Below are positions 7,213 through 14,663 of a stretch of 32,393 nucleotides of DNA, one piece after another (the first letter of the stretch is position 1; each line of letters opens with the position of its first letter). Location of the stretch: the IMG/VR virus record IMGVR_UViG_3300036713_000034, positions 1-32,393 of that record. One strand, written 5' to 3'. Under the pieces are notes generated by a model. The model was given only the letters and a program-made list of their open reading frames with translations. It had not been told where the DNA came from and searched no databases. Made by a program: the position numbers and the translations under genes. Source of the stretch: a virus. Taxonomy: Duplodnaviria > Caudoviricetes.

Positions 7213-7447
7213 TGGTAATATTCACGAGGCATCAGGGGTTGACACACGGGGCAGACTGTGGTAGTCACGGGGCCCGAAGTCCTACCACAGTTGACACGGG
7301 TTGTCAAGTGTTTTATCACTGGTAATATTCACAAGTAAATATGTGTTGACAAAGTGTGTGGACTAGTGTAGGTGCCTATGGCACACCGCAAGCATACTCA
7401 GCGCAAGATGTCAATAGATAAAACAAACCAGGTCACAAATATTACCA
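7213..7447. repeat. 107-bp-period repeat of TGGTAATATTCAC / TTGACA / TGTCAA elements
   Basis: GGTAATATTCAC at 7214 and 7321; TTGACA at 7239 and 7346; TGTCAA at 7302 and 7409; inverted AATATTACCA at 7438-7447. Confidence 0.7.
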
Positions 7448-7480
7448 AAAATAAATTTAGGTACTGAGTATTATTAACGC

Positions 7481-7509
7481 TTGACAAGGTATAAACAGGG
7501 GTGCACTAT
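7481..7509 (+). promoter_or_regulatory. probable early sigma70 promoter
   Basis: TTGACA at 7481, 17 bp, CACTAT; AT-rich upstream; ~35 nt before the first early gene. Confidence 0.55.
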
Positions 7510-7544
7510 TCGCCTGTAAGTTAACTAATGTAGAGGGTACTGTT

Positions 7545-7805
7545 ATGGAAATGTTCGATTTGATTGAAGCTAACGAGAACGCTATTGTTGAGTCACAGGG
7601 TTTACGTGCAGATTGGTACGAGATCACAGGCGTACATCATGATGGTTACATCTACTATCTGGACATCAGCGCTCGTAGGGGTTCAGAGGCTGAGGCTAGT
7701 GACATTAAGTGGTTTGAGGCTGAGATGTCAGAGCAGGAATTACGGGACGCTATAGACACTATTCCCGAAGATGAACACACGCCTACCGACGCAGACTATT
7801 ACTAG
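7545..7805 (+). CDS. very acidic early protein (86 aa)
   Basis: GAGGGT SD; ~23 D/E versus 5 K/R. Confidence 0.8.
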   Translation: MEMFDLIEANENAIVESQGLRADWYEITGVHHDGYIYYLDISARRGSEAEASDIKWFEAEMSEQELRDAIDTIPEDEHTPTDADYY

Positions 7806-7807
7806 GG

Positions 7808-7862
7808 GGTTGTATTACTGGTGGGCCTAGGGTTACACTCTGGGTTCACTGGTAAGCCAACC
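7808..7862 (+). promoter_or_regulatory. long intergenic hairpin, candidate RNase III site
   Basis: ~23-bp stem including G-U pairs with a 2x2 internal loop; no U-tract. Confidence 0.6.
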
Positions 7863-7902
7863 GGCTTAACTTGGAACCTAAACCATTAAGAGGGTAATAC
7901 TC

Positions 7903-8094
7903 ATGGAAAACGTAACACGCACAAAAGTATTCGGTCGTTCTGTCATCATTCGCAAGCGGGTACAAAAGCGCAAGCCCATTGGCTACGCCAGCGGCTCATG
8001 CTTCCACAAGCTGGACGCTGGCTATTGGTCGCTCTACGTGAGCCTACGCAAGCCACAGCGCAAGGTAGGATTTGGTACTATTACCGATAAGTGA
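7903..8094 (+). CDS. basic early protein (63 aa)
   Basis: GAGGGT SD; intact ORF. Confidence 0.7.
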   Translation: MENVTRTKVFGRSVIIRKRVQKRKPIGYASGSCFHKLDAGYWSLYVSLRKPQRKVGFGTITDK

Positions 8095-8097
8095 TCT

Positions 8098-8142
8098 TGT
8101 GTTTAACAGTGGGCATCTATACGGTGTCCACGATTAAACACA
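8098..8142 (+). promoter_or_regulatory. long intergenic hairpin, candidate RNase III site
   Basis: TGTGTTTAA-CA-GTGGGCATC-TATAC-GGTGTCCAC-GA-TTAAACACA: 9+9 bp with a 2x2 internal loop; no U-tract. Confidence 0.6.
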
Positions 8143-8169
8143 CGAAACACACGAAACGAGGGTAACACT

Positions 8170-8319
8170 ATGTATACAGTTTGGTTGTTTGATAAAGCCG
8201 GGAACCGATCTAACGGCAACACGTTCACAACGAGGGTGGACGCTGTGAAATACGCACAGAATACAGTGTATCCAGATTGGGACTCTGGATGGGTACGCTG
8301 GTTAATACGGGAGGAATAA
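8170..8319 (+). CDS. hypothetical early protein, 49 aa (MYTVWLFDKAGN...)
   Basis: Hand-translated; GAGGGT SD; stop 2 nt before the next ATG. Confidence 0.7.
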   Translation: MYTVWLFDKAGNRSNGNTFTTRVDAVKYAQNTVYPDWDSGWVRWLIREE

Positions 8320-8321
8320 CC

Positions 8322-8966
8322 ATGCTTAAACTATCGAAGGCCTCTAAAATGCCGTGTCGCTCGTGGTCGCTTCAAGCGTTAGACACTTGTCCAGCGTCCA
8401 GAGACAACACAGGTGCGCTCGTGCCAGCTTGTTCTGGATGCTACGCCACCACGGGAAACTACCGTTTCAAGAACGTACGTGCACCACGGGAACACAACCG
8501 TGACGATTGGAAACGTGACTCATGGGTAGATGATATGGTCGCAGAGCTAGATAATGATCGGTATTTTCGCTGGTTTGACTCTGGTGATATGTATGACATT
8601 CGACTAGCGAACAAGATTCTGGAAGTGTGCCAGCGCACACCGTGGGTTAAACATTGGATCCCTACACGCATGTACAAATTTAGCAAGTTTGCGGTGGTAC
8701 TAGCACAGTTACAAGCGTTACCCAATGTTGTTGTGCGCTTGTCATCTGACAGTATCACGGGCGAGACGGTAGACGGCGACACCACTAGCACGATTGCCAC
8801 GATTGACACTGTGTTACGGGATGCGGTAGTTTGCGAGGCATATACACGGGCTGGCAAATGTGACAAGTGCCGGTCTTGCTGGGACAAAACAGTGTCCGTA
8901 GTCTGCTACATTGGACACGGGCGCACAATGGAAAAACAGCAACGCAACGTAATAGCGAGGGTATAA
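8322..8966 (+). CDS. Gp88-like Cys-rich, radical-SAM-like Fe-S protein
   Basis: 'SKMP..SWSL...TCP...CSGCYA..G.Y', 'YFRWFDSGD', 'HWIPTR', 'PNVVVRLS', C-terminal CxxCxxC; start 8322 with GGAGG. Confidence 0.75.
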   Translation: MLKLSKASKMPCRSWSLQALDTCPASRDNTGALVPACSGCYATTGNYRFKNVRAPREHNRDDWKRDSWVDDMVAELDNDRYFRWFDSGDMYDIRLANKILEVCQRTPWVKHWIPTRMYKFSKFAVVLAQLQALPNVVVRLSSDSITGETVDGDTTSTIATIDTVLRDAVVCEAYTRAGKCDKCRSCWDKTVSVVCYIGHGRTMEKQQRNVIARV

Positions 8967-8968
8967 CA

Positions 8969-9175
8969 ATGTACTGGGACAGATTCGACATTTGTGAAGC
9001 GTGGTATGCGTTCTCTGTGGACTACCACCGTGGGCAGTTTTCACCGGAGTACGCCATCATGGGCAGACTGCAACGTATGGGATACCGTGCGGGTTTCGGT
9101 GGTGTGACATACGACGCCTTGACAGAGAACGGTAAAGCAATTTATGATAACCTAGTCAGCAAACTAGAGAGATAA
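8969..9175 (+). CDS. hypothetical early protein (MYWDRFDICEAWY...)
   Basis: GAGGGT SD 6 nt before ATG at 8969. Confidence 0.75.
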   Translation: MYWDRFDICEAWYAFSVDYHRGQFSPEYAIMGRLQRMGYRAGFGGVTYDALTENGKAIYDNLVSKLER

Positions 9176-9179
9176 CATT

Positions 9180-9347
9180 ATGACACTACAAGATGCGGTA
9201 AAAGCGTACATTCACAAGCTAAAGAATGACTCGCCAATCGTGAGCACATCACACGCTCACTACATGGCATACGCTATAAAGTTTGGCGATGACGTATGGC
9301 AAAAAGCGTTAGACGATTATTTTGATTCACAGAAAAAGAGAGGGTGA
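9180..9347 (+). CDS. hypothetical early protein, 55 aa (MTLQDAVKAY...)
   Basis: Hand-translated; tiles exactly between its neighbours. Confidence 0.65.
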   Translation: MTLQDAVKAYIHKLKNDSPIVSTSHAHYMAYAIKFGDDVWQKALDDYFDSQKKRG

Positions 9348-9351
9348 CATC

Positions 9352-9492
9352 ATGCCAGAGACAATCGGAGAACACATTAGCGCACTAATCGCTACGGTAG
9401 CACTTGTATTTGTGCTGGGAATCGTGGGAGAATTAGAACTGCGAGACATTGAACACGTACAACAGCAACAGAAGGAGCAGAGACAGCGATGA
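9352..9492 (+). CDS. 46-aa single-TM membrane protein
   Basis: GAGGGT SD; ISALIATVALVFVLGIVG hydrophobic run; ATGA overlap with the next gene. Confidence 0.65.
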   Translation: MPETIGEHISALIATVALVFVLGIVGELELRDIEHVQQQQKEQRQR

Positions 9493-9731
9493 ACAAACGA
9501 TACGGGCAACACCAGACACCAGTGCAAGTAGATTGCGAGTGGGCTACGCTGGACGTAGTGATACACTGGGAATTAACTTGTGATGACTATCAGGACCTGA
9601 TCACGATTGACAAAATCACAGTAGGCGACAAAGATTTGCGGGAGGGGTGGAACATAGATTACTTTGAAAGTATAATACAGGATGAGGTGTTAGCCGGTGC
9701 TGACTACCATTGGACAGACCACGGGGATTAG
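9489..9731 (+). CDS. acidic hypothetical protein (80 aa)
   Basis: AAGGAG upstream; ATGA coupling. Confidence 0.7.
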   Translation: MNKRYGQHQTPVQVDCEWATLDVVIHWELTCDDYQDLITIDKITVGDKDLREGWNIDYFESIIQDEVLAGADYHWTDHGD

Positions 9732-9734
9732 ACT

Positions 9735-10238
9735 ATGAACATATTTTTCCTTGACCGTGACCCATACGAAGCCGCTAGGCTCCAGTGTGACCGTCACGTA
9801 GTCAAAATGATACTAGAGACAGCACAACTACTCTCTACAGCACACAACGAGCTTGACGGTGGACAGATTGCGTACAAAAGTACCCACAAGAACCACCCTA
9901 GTGCTGTCTGGGTTCGGTCTAACCCTAGGCACTACCGATGGGCGCACCAGCACCTGATGGAGCTAGGGCGAGAATATGAGCGACGTTACGGAAAGGTACA
10001 CAAGACCATTAAGGATCACGGAAAAGCCCTAGAAACGCTTCCTGTGGCCTTAGACGAGATGTTTCACGGTGTTGTACTACAAAATATAGGCCCGTACACT
10101 GATCCACCGCAGTGTATGCCAGATGAGTGTAAACGAGACGACGCTGTGTTAGCCTATCAGGTGTACTACAACTACAAAGCAGACGATTGGGACGCCAGAG
10201 GTATCCCTATGCGATGGTACGGACGGGAGGCAGTGTAA
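9735..10238 (+). CDS. pyrimidine-dimer DNA glycosylase (DenV)-related protein
   Basis: 'MNIFFLD.DP...A...CD.HVVKMILETAQLLSTAH', 'THKNHPSAVW', 'EY..RYGKVHK', 'PPQCMP' motifs. Confidence 0.75.
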   Translation: MNIFFLDRDPYEAARLQCDRHVVKMILETAQLLSTAHNELDGGQIAYKSTHKNHPSAVWVRSNPRHYRWAHQHLMELGREYERRYGKVHKTIKDHGKALETLPVALDEMFHGVVLQNIGPYTDPPQCMPDECKRDDAVLAYQVYYNYKADDWDARGIPMRWYGREAV

Positions 10239-10354
10239 TGTTACTATCAGTGTTAGCCCTAGTGGTTTGGTTTACGTACATAGAAGTAGAGCACCCTAAC
10301 AGGGTCAACGAATGTCCCTACGTTGAGGAACTATGCGAACAGGAGGCAGTATGA
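10238..10354 (+). CDS. 38-aa membrane-anchored peptide (MLLSVLALVVWFTYIE...)
   Basis: TAATG coupling upstream, ATGA coupling downstream, GGAGG SD. Confidence 0.6.
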   Translation: MLLSVLALVVWFTYIEVEHPNRVNECPYVEELCEQEAV

Positions 10355-10557
10355 CAACGGCATATGATTACCCAGAACCAGATTTATCACAGGTTCAGAT
10401 GATTCACGACCTAACTGAGTACGAGTTTAACTTTATTGACTTTGCTACGGTAGTGTCCCTAGCACGTACAGCAATACGTGAGAAGTACTCAAAAATGGAA
10501 TACCAGGAATTATGCAGGGCATACGGACAAATCTTTGGACCGGAGGACAACGGATGA
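10351..10557 (+). CDS. hypothetical protein
   Basis: AGGAGG SD before ATG at 10351. Confidence 0.7.
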   Translation: MTTAYDYPEPDLSQVQMIHDLTEYEFNFIDFATVVSLARTAIREKYSKMEYQELCRAYGQIFGPEDNG

Positions 10558-10787
10558 GATGCAAAGCGTGTGACGTTATCTTAGATGACGCTGAAGTAGT
10601 CAAAAAGGATTCATCAGGGGCTTACTATGACCTGTGTACGGACTGTTTGACGGTATCCATTGCTACGCATTGGGAACTAGAAAACATGGAGTCAATAGAA
10701 ATTGACGGTAATTTTACACAGGATGAAATCTTGACATTGCAGGAAAACTATGATAATATATACTTAAGTATATCTAAAGATAATTAA
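10554..10787 (+). CDS. small zinc-finger protein (CxxC...CxxC)
   Basis: MRCKACD...DLCTDC; GGAGGA SD; ATGA coupling. Confidence 0.75.
   Translation: MRCKACDVILDDAEVVKKDSSGAYYDLCTDCLTVSIATHWELENMESIEIDGNFTQDEILTLQENYDNIYLSISKDN
10731..10759 (+). promoter_or_regulatory. sigma70-type promoter
   Basis: TTGACA, 17 bp, TAATAT with extended TGn. Confidence 0.65.
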
Positions 10788-10804
10788 CTAAAGGATATAT
10801 ACTA

Positions 10805-10969
10805 ATGAATAATACTACAGGAGAAACTAAAGTAGGGAGGCGCTGGAATCCTGTAGCCAAACACGATCACAACAAGGGAGGCGCACACAAGGACAGGAAA
10901 AAAGATGCCAAAAAGTACCAGTCTAGAGGTAAACGGTTGACAAAACCTCTGGAACGTGAGATACTATAG
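10805..10969 (+). CDS. small basic protein, 54 aa (...RWNPVAKHDHNKGGAHKDRKK...)
   Basis: Hand-translated; AAGGA SD; NPVAK...H.DRKK motif typical of small basic phage proteins. Confidence 0.65.
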   Translation: MNNTTGETKVGRRWNPVAKHDHNKGGAHKDRKKDAKKYQSRGKRLTKPLEREIL

Positions 10970-10986
10970 GTGTACCTTCGGGTACA
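10937..10986 (+). promoter_or_regulatory. sigma70 promoter of the replication operon plus 5' UUCG hairpin
   Basis: TTGACA, 17 bp, GATACT with TGn; TGTACC-TTCG-GGTACA at 10971-10986. Confidence 0.7.
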
Positions 10987-11017
10987 GTTAATGTTAACAA
11001 ACGAGGATTATCTCATT

Positions 11018-11392
11018 ATGTCAAGTCAAGTTATTGAAGGAACGGTGAACTTCTCAAACGTCACCCAGCACGATGTGTTCAACGGTCAGGACACTGGTAC
11101 GTTCAGCATGACCATCACCATGTCTGACGATGATGCGGCTACACTAGCGGCACAGGGCGTCAAGATCAAGGAGTACGAGGGCGCTAAACAGCGTAAGTTT
11201 AAGTCCAAGTACTCCATCAGTATGTACGACGCTGAAGGTGATCGGTACAACGGGGAGGTTCCGTACAACTCCCGTGTCCGTCTGAAGTTTAAGACGGGTC
11301 CAGCGCACCCTGTGCACGGTACTCCGGTTTATCTGGAGGCTGTCAAGGTGCTAGAGGAAGCGGAAGTATCTGCTGAAGCGGCAGACTTCTGA
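11018..11392 (+). CDS. ssDNA-binding protein (T7 gp2.5-like)
   Basis: OB-fold-like beta pattern, acidic tail ending in Phe; immediately upstream of primase-helicase; GAGGA SD. Confidence 0.75.
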   Translation: MSSQVIEGTVNFSNVTQHDVFNGQDTGTFSMTITMSDDDAATLAAQGVKIKEYEGAKQRKFKSKYSISMYDAEGDRYNGEVPYNSRVRLKFKTGPAHPVHGTPVYLEAVKVLEEAEVSAEAADF

Positions 11393-11393
11393 G

Positions 11394-13010
11394 GTGAAAC
11401 CTACTTTCTCACACAAAGAGGAGTGTCCTAAGTGTGGAAGTAGGGACAACGTGGCGGTCTACTCAGACGGTGGTCGCCACTGTTTCACCCCTAACTGTGG
11501 TTACCACGTATCAGGGACAGGAGCGCTTCAGGAAATGGATTCTGTGCAACCCGTATCTAACCTACGCATGAGTGGTGTTATTTCTGAGATCAGCGACAGG
11601 AGGCTCTCACAGCGTACAGCACAGAAGTACCAAGTAACAGTTGACTACGCACCAGACGGCAAGATTGCTACCCACTACTACCCGTACTACGACAGAGACA
11701 CGGGCGAACTGGTGGGGGCAAAGCAGAGGTTCGTAAGCAACAAACAGTTTGTGTGTTCAGGTAACATGACCAACGTGGGTTTGTTTGGTCAGAAGCAGTG
11801 CCGTGGGTCCGGTAAGTACGTCACGATCACTGAGGGCGAGCTAGACGCCATGGCTGTCTACGAGATGTTCGGACAGAAGTACGACGTAGTGAGCCTACGG
11901 TCGGGCGCTAGCAGTGCCGCAAGAGAGATCAAGCAGAGCCTAGAGTGGTTGGAGGGCTACGATAATGTTGTTCTGTGTTTTGATCAGGACAAAGCAGGAG
12001 ACATAGCAGTAGATCAGGTCAAGCACCTGTTCAGTCCTAACAAGCTAAAGATATGCAAACTGCCAATGAAGGACGCCAGCGATATGCTGACGGCTAACAG
12101 GGTGCAGGAGTTTACACAGGCTTGGTGGGACGCAAAGGTGTACCGGCCTGATGGTATTGTCGCAGGGACGGACACATGGGACGCACTGGTAAACAAGAGA
12201 CAGGTACAGAGTATCCCGTATCCGTGGGACGGACTAAATGAACTCACAAGAGGACACAGACCGTATGAATTGGTCACTATCACCAGCGGTAGTGGCATGG
12301 GAAAGTCACAGTTTATCAGAGAACTTGAGTACGACTTGCTCCAACGCACAGACGCCAACATCGGTGTACTTGCGCTGGAGGAGGACGTTGCAACAACAGC
12401 TCTGGGAATCATGTCGGTGGCGTCATCTAGGCGGCTACACTTGGAGGAAGACACGCCTATTGATCAGCTTAGACCGCATTGGGAAGCAACGATGGGATCT
12501 GGAAGGTACTACCTTTTTGATCATTGGGGGTCAACGTCAGCGGATGAGTTATTATCACGAGTCAGGCACATGGCGAAGGCTTGCGACTGCCGATACATCA
12601 TCCTTGACCACCTGTCAATCGTGGTTTCTTCTCAAGAGAACGGAGATGAACGGAAAGCCATTGACGAGATCATGACTAAGCTACGCACACTGGTGGCAGA
12701 GACGGGGATTACGTTGTTCCTCGTGTCTCACCTGAAGCGTACCTCTGGCACAGCACACGAGGACGGAGGCAGGATTAGTCTACAGGATCTCAGGGGATCA
12801 CAGTCCATAGCACAGTTGTCAGACATCGTGATCGGCATGGAGCGTAACCAGCAACACGAGGACGAAGACGTAAGGAACACTACGTGCGTCAGGATTCTCA
12901 AGAACCGTTACGCAGGAGAGACAGGCCCAGCGTGTTGGCTACGGTACGACAAGTTCACAGGACGTATCCACGAGTGCGCTAACCCAACACCACCGGAGAC
13001 AGAGTTTTGA
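11394..13010 (+). CDS. DNA primase-helicase (T7 gp4-like)
   Basis: Zn finger CPKCGSRDN...HCF..NC; TOPRIM 'ITEGELDAM', 'FDQDKAG'; helicase 'GSGMGKS', 'ILDHLSI', 'LRGSQSIAQLSD', 'LKNRYAGETG'. Confidence 0.95.
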   Translation: MKPTFSHKEECPKCGSRDNVAVYSDGGRHCFTPNCGYHVSGTGALQEMDSVQPVSNLRMSGVISEISDRRLSQRTAQKYQVTVDYAPDGKIATHYYPYYDRDTGELVGAKQRFVSNKQFVCSGNMTNVGLFGQKQCRGSGKYVTITEGELDAMAVYEMFGQKYDVVSLRSGASSAAREIKQSLEWLEGYDNVVLCFDQDKAGDIAVDQVKHLFSPNKLKICKLPMKDASDMLTANRVQEFTQAWWDAKVYRPDGIVAGTDTWDALVNKRQVQSIPYPWDGLNELTRGHRPYELVTITSGSGMGKSQFIRELEYDLLQRTDANIGVLALEEDVATTALGIMSVASSRRLHLEEDTPIDQLRPHWEATMGSGRYYLFDHWGSTSADELLSRVRHMAKACDCRYIILDHLSIVVSSQENGDERKAIDEIMTKLRTLVAETGITLFLVSHLKRTSGTAHEDGGRISLQDLRGSQSIAQLSDIVIGMERNQQHEDEDVRNTTCVRILKNRYAGETGPACWLRYDKFTGRIHECANPTPPETEF

Positions 13011-14653
13011 ACCTAGTCTTTTGTGACATTGAAACTGACGGTCTGGACGCCACAACTATCTGGTGTGCCGTGTGCCGACACAACGGAGTATCGGAGGTAA
13101 TATGCAATGAACAAGATTTCAAAACGTATGTATCGGATCGCCCGAACTCAAATTGGGTTTTCCACAATGGAATCGGCTATGACTTACCTGTTCTGGGTCG
13201 CCTTTGGAATTTTAGTTTTGACCGGAGCAGGATCGTTGATACACTTGTCCTCTCTAGGTTAGCCGACCCAAGCCGGTCTGGTGGTCACTCCCTGCGTAAC
13301 TGGGGAAACACTCTTGGGTTTGCTAAGGGCGATCACAACGATTGGTCGCAGTTGACACCAGCGATGATCGACTACTGCATACGTGACGTAGAGTTGACTG
13401 AAGCGGTGTACAAGCGGTTACAGGTGGAGCTAGACGGGTTCTCTCAGGAGAGCATTGATCTAGAGCACGAAGTACAGTGGATCATACAAGGACAAGAGCG
13501 CAACGGGTGGTTACTGGATCAGCGCTTGTGTCACATCTTGTGTGCTAAATTTAAGGAGCGCATGAATGTTATTGAAGCGGATCTACAGGCGCTTTTCCCG
13601 CCGATCATTGAGGAGCGATACTCAGAGAAAACTGGTAAACGGCTCAAGGATAAGGTCACTGTATTCAACGTTGGTTCAAGACAGCAAGTGGCCGACAGGC
13701 TTACAGCTAAGGGCGCAGTATGGACGGAACTCACTGCGACAGGCAAACCAGTTGTTGATGAAAAGACGCTTAGGGAGAATCATCATGTTCCCGAAGCGGA
13801 ACAAGTACTGGAATACCTCTTACTCCAGAAGCGGTACGCTCAAGTCAACTCGTGGCTAGAGCACGTACAGGATGACGGTAGGGTACACGGTAGGGTCACT
13901 ACTAACGGTGCTGTAACCGGACGTATGACGCACCAGAACCCAAACATGGCACAGGTTCCTTCAGTTAACTCTGAGTTTGGCAAGGAGTGCCGTGACTGCT
14001 GGATAGTACCAGAGGGACGTAAGCTAGTGGGTGTTGACGCTAGTGGACTAGAACTACGGATGCTCGCACACTACATGGGCGACGAGGAGTTTACAGATGT
14101 CTTGCTTAGAGACGACATTCACACCAGAAATCAAATTGCTTCTGGACTTGCAACAAGACCTCAAGCAAAGACTTTCATCTATGCTTTCCTCTACGGGGCA
14201 GGAGACGCAAAGATTGGAAGCATCGTCGGAGGAACGGCAAAAGATGGCAATGCGCTTAGGACACGCTTTTTACGAAATACACCTTCTCTTGAAACTCTAC
14301 GAGAACGAGTTGGATCTGCTTCTAGGAAAGGATACCTCGTCGGACTGGACGGACGAAAACTCTGGGTCAGATCAGAACATAGTGCACTGAACACACTCTT
14401 GCAGTCTGCCGGCGCAATCATTATGAAACGTGCACTGGTGCTGTTGGATGACTACGCAACACAACACAAGATTGACTACAAGTTTATAGGGAACGTACAT
14501 GACGAAATACAATCGGAGGTGGTTACAGAACAAGCAGAGAAGTTCGGCTGGCTCGCAGTCGAGTGCATCAAGGCGGCTGGTCTATCATTTCAACTCAGAT
14601 GCCCCCTTGACGGAGAGTACAAAGTGGGATCAACGTGGGCGGAGACACACTGA
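13007..14653 (+). CDS. DNA polymerase family A (3'-5' exonuclease + polymerase)
   Basis: Exo 'DIETDG', 'HNGIGYD', 'YCIRDV'; motif A 'DASGLELR', motif B 'RPQAKTFIYAFLYG', motif C 'VHDE'; TTG start overlapping the primase TGA. Confidence 0.95.
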   Translation: MNLVFCDIETDGLDATTIWCAVCRHNGVSEVICNEQDFKTYVSDRPNSNWVFHNGIGYDLPVLGRLWNFSFDRSRIVDTLVLSRLADPSRSGGHSLRNWGNTLGFAKGDHNDWSQLTPAMIDYCIRDVELTEAVYKRLQVELDGFSQESIDLEHEVQWIIQGQERNGWLLDQRLCHILCAKFKERMNVIEADLQALFPPIIEERYSEKTGKRLKDKVTVFNVGSRQQVADRLTAKGAVWTELTATGKPVVDEKTLRENHHVPEAEQVLEYLLLQKRYAQVNSWLEHVQDDGRVHGRVTTNGAVTGRMTHQNPNMAQVPSVNSEFGKECRDCWIVPEGRKLVGVDASGLELRMLAHYMGDEEFTDVLLRDDIHTRNQIASGLATRPQAKTFIYAFLYGAGDAKIGSIVGGTAKDGNALRTRFLRNTPSLETLRERVGSASRKGYLVGLDGRKLWVRSEHSALNTLLQSAGAIIMKRALVLLDDYATQHKIDYKFIGNVHDEIQSEVVTEQAEKFGWLAVECIKAAGLSFQLRCPLDGEYKVGSTWAETH

Positions 14654-14663
14654 GGATGCTTTT

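Noticed and set aside
7125-7319. 64-aa minus-strand ORF in the intergenic region
   Set aside because: No SD, atypical composition, and it overlaps the repeat/regulatory array
7195-7447. CRISPR-like mini-array
   Set aside because: Conserved blocks are short and discontinuous with only two clear periods, and there is no cas operon; the Cas4-like gene is an ordinary phage replication exonuclease
14499-14663. N-terminal extension of the GIY-YIG-like ORF, or an intron/frameshift in the polymerase
   Set aside because: The polymerase is complete through motif C to its stop; the downstream gene has its own GAGGA SD and ATG at 14664
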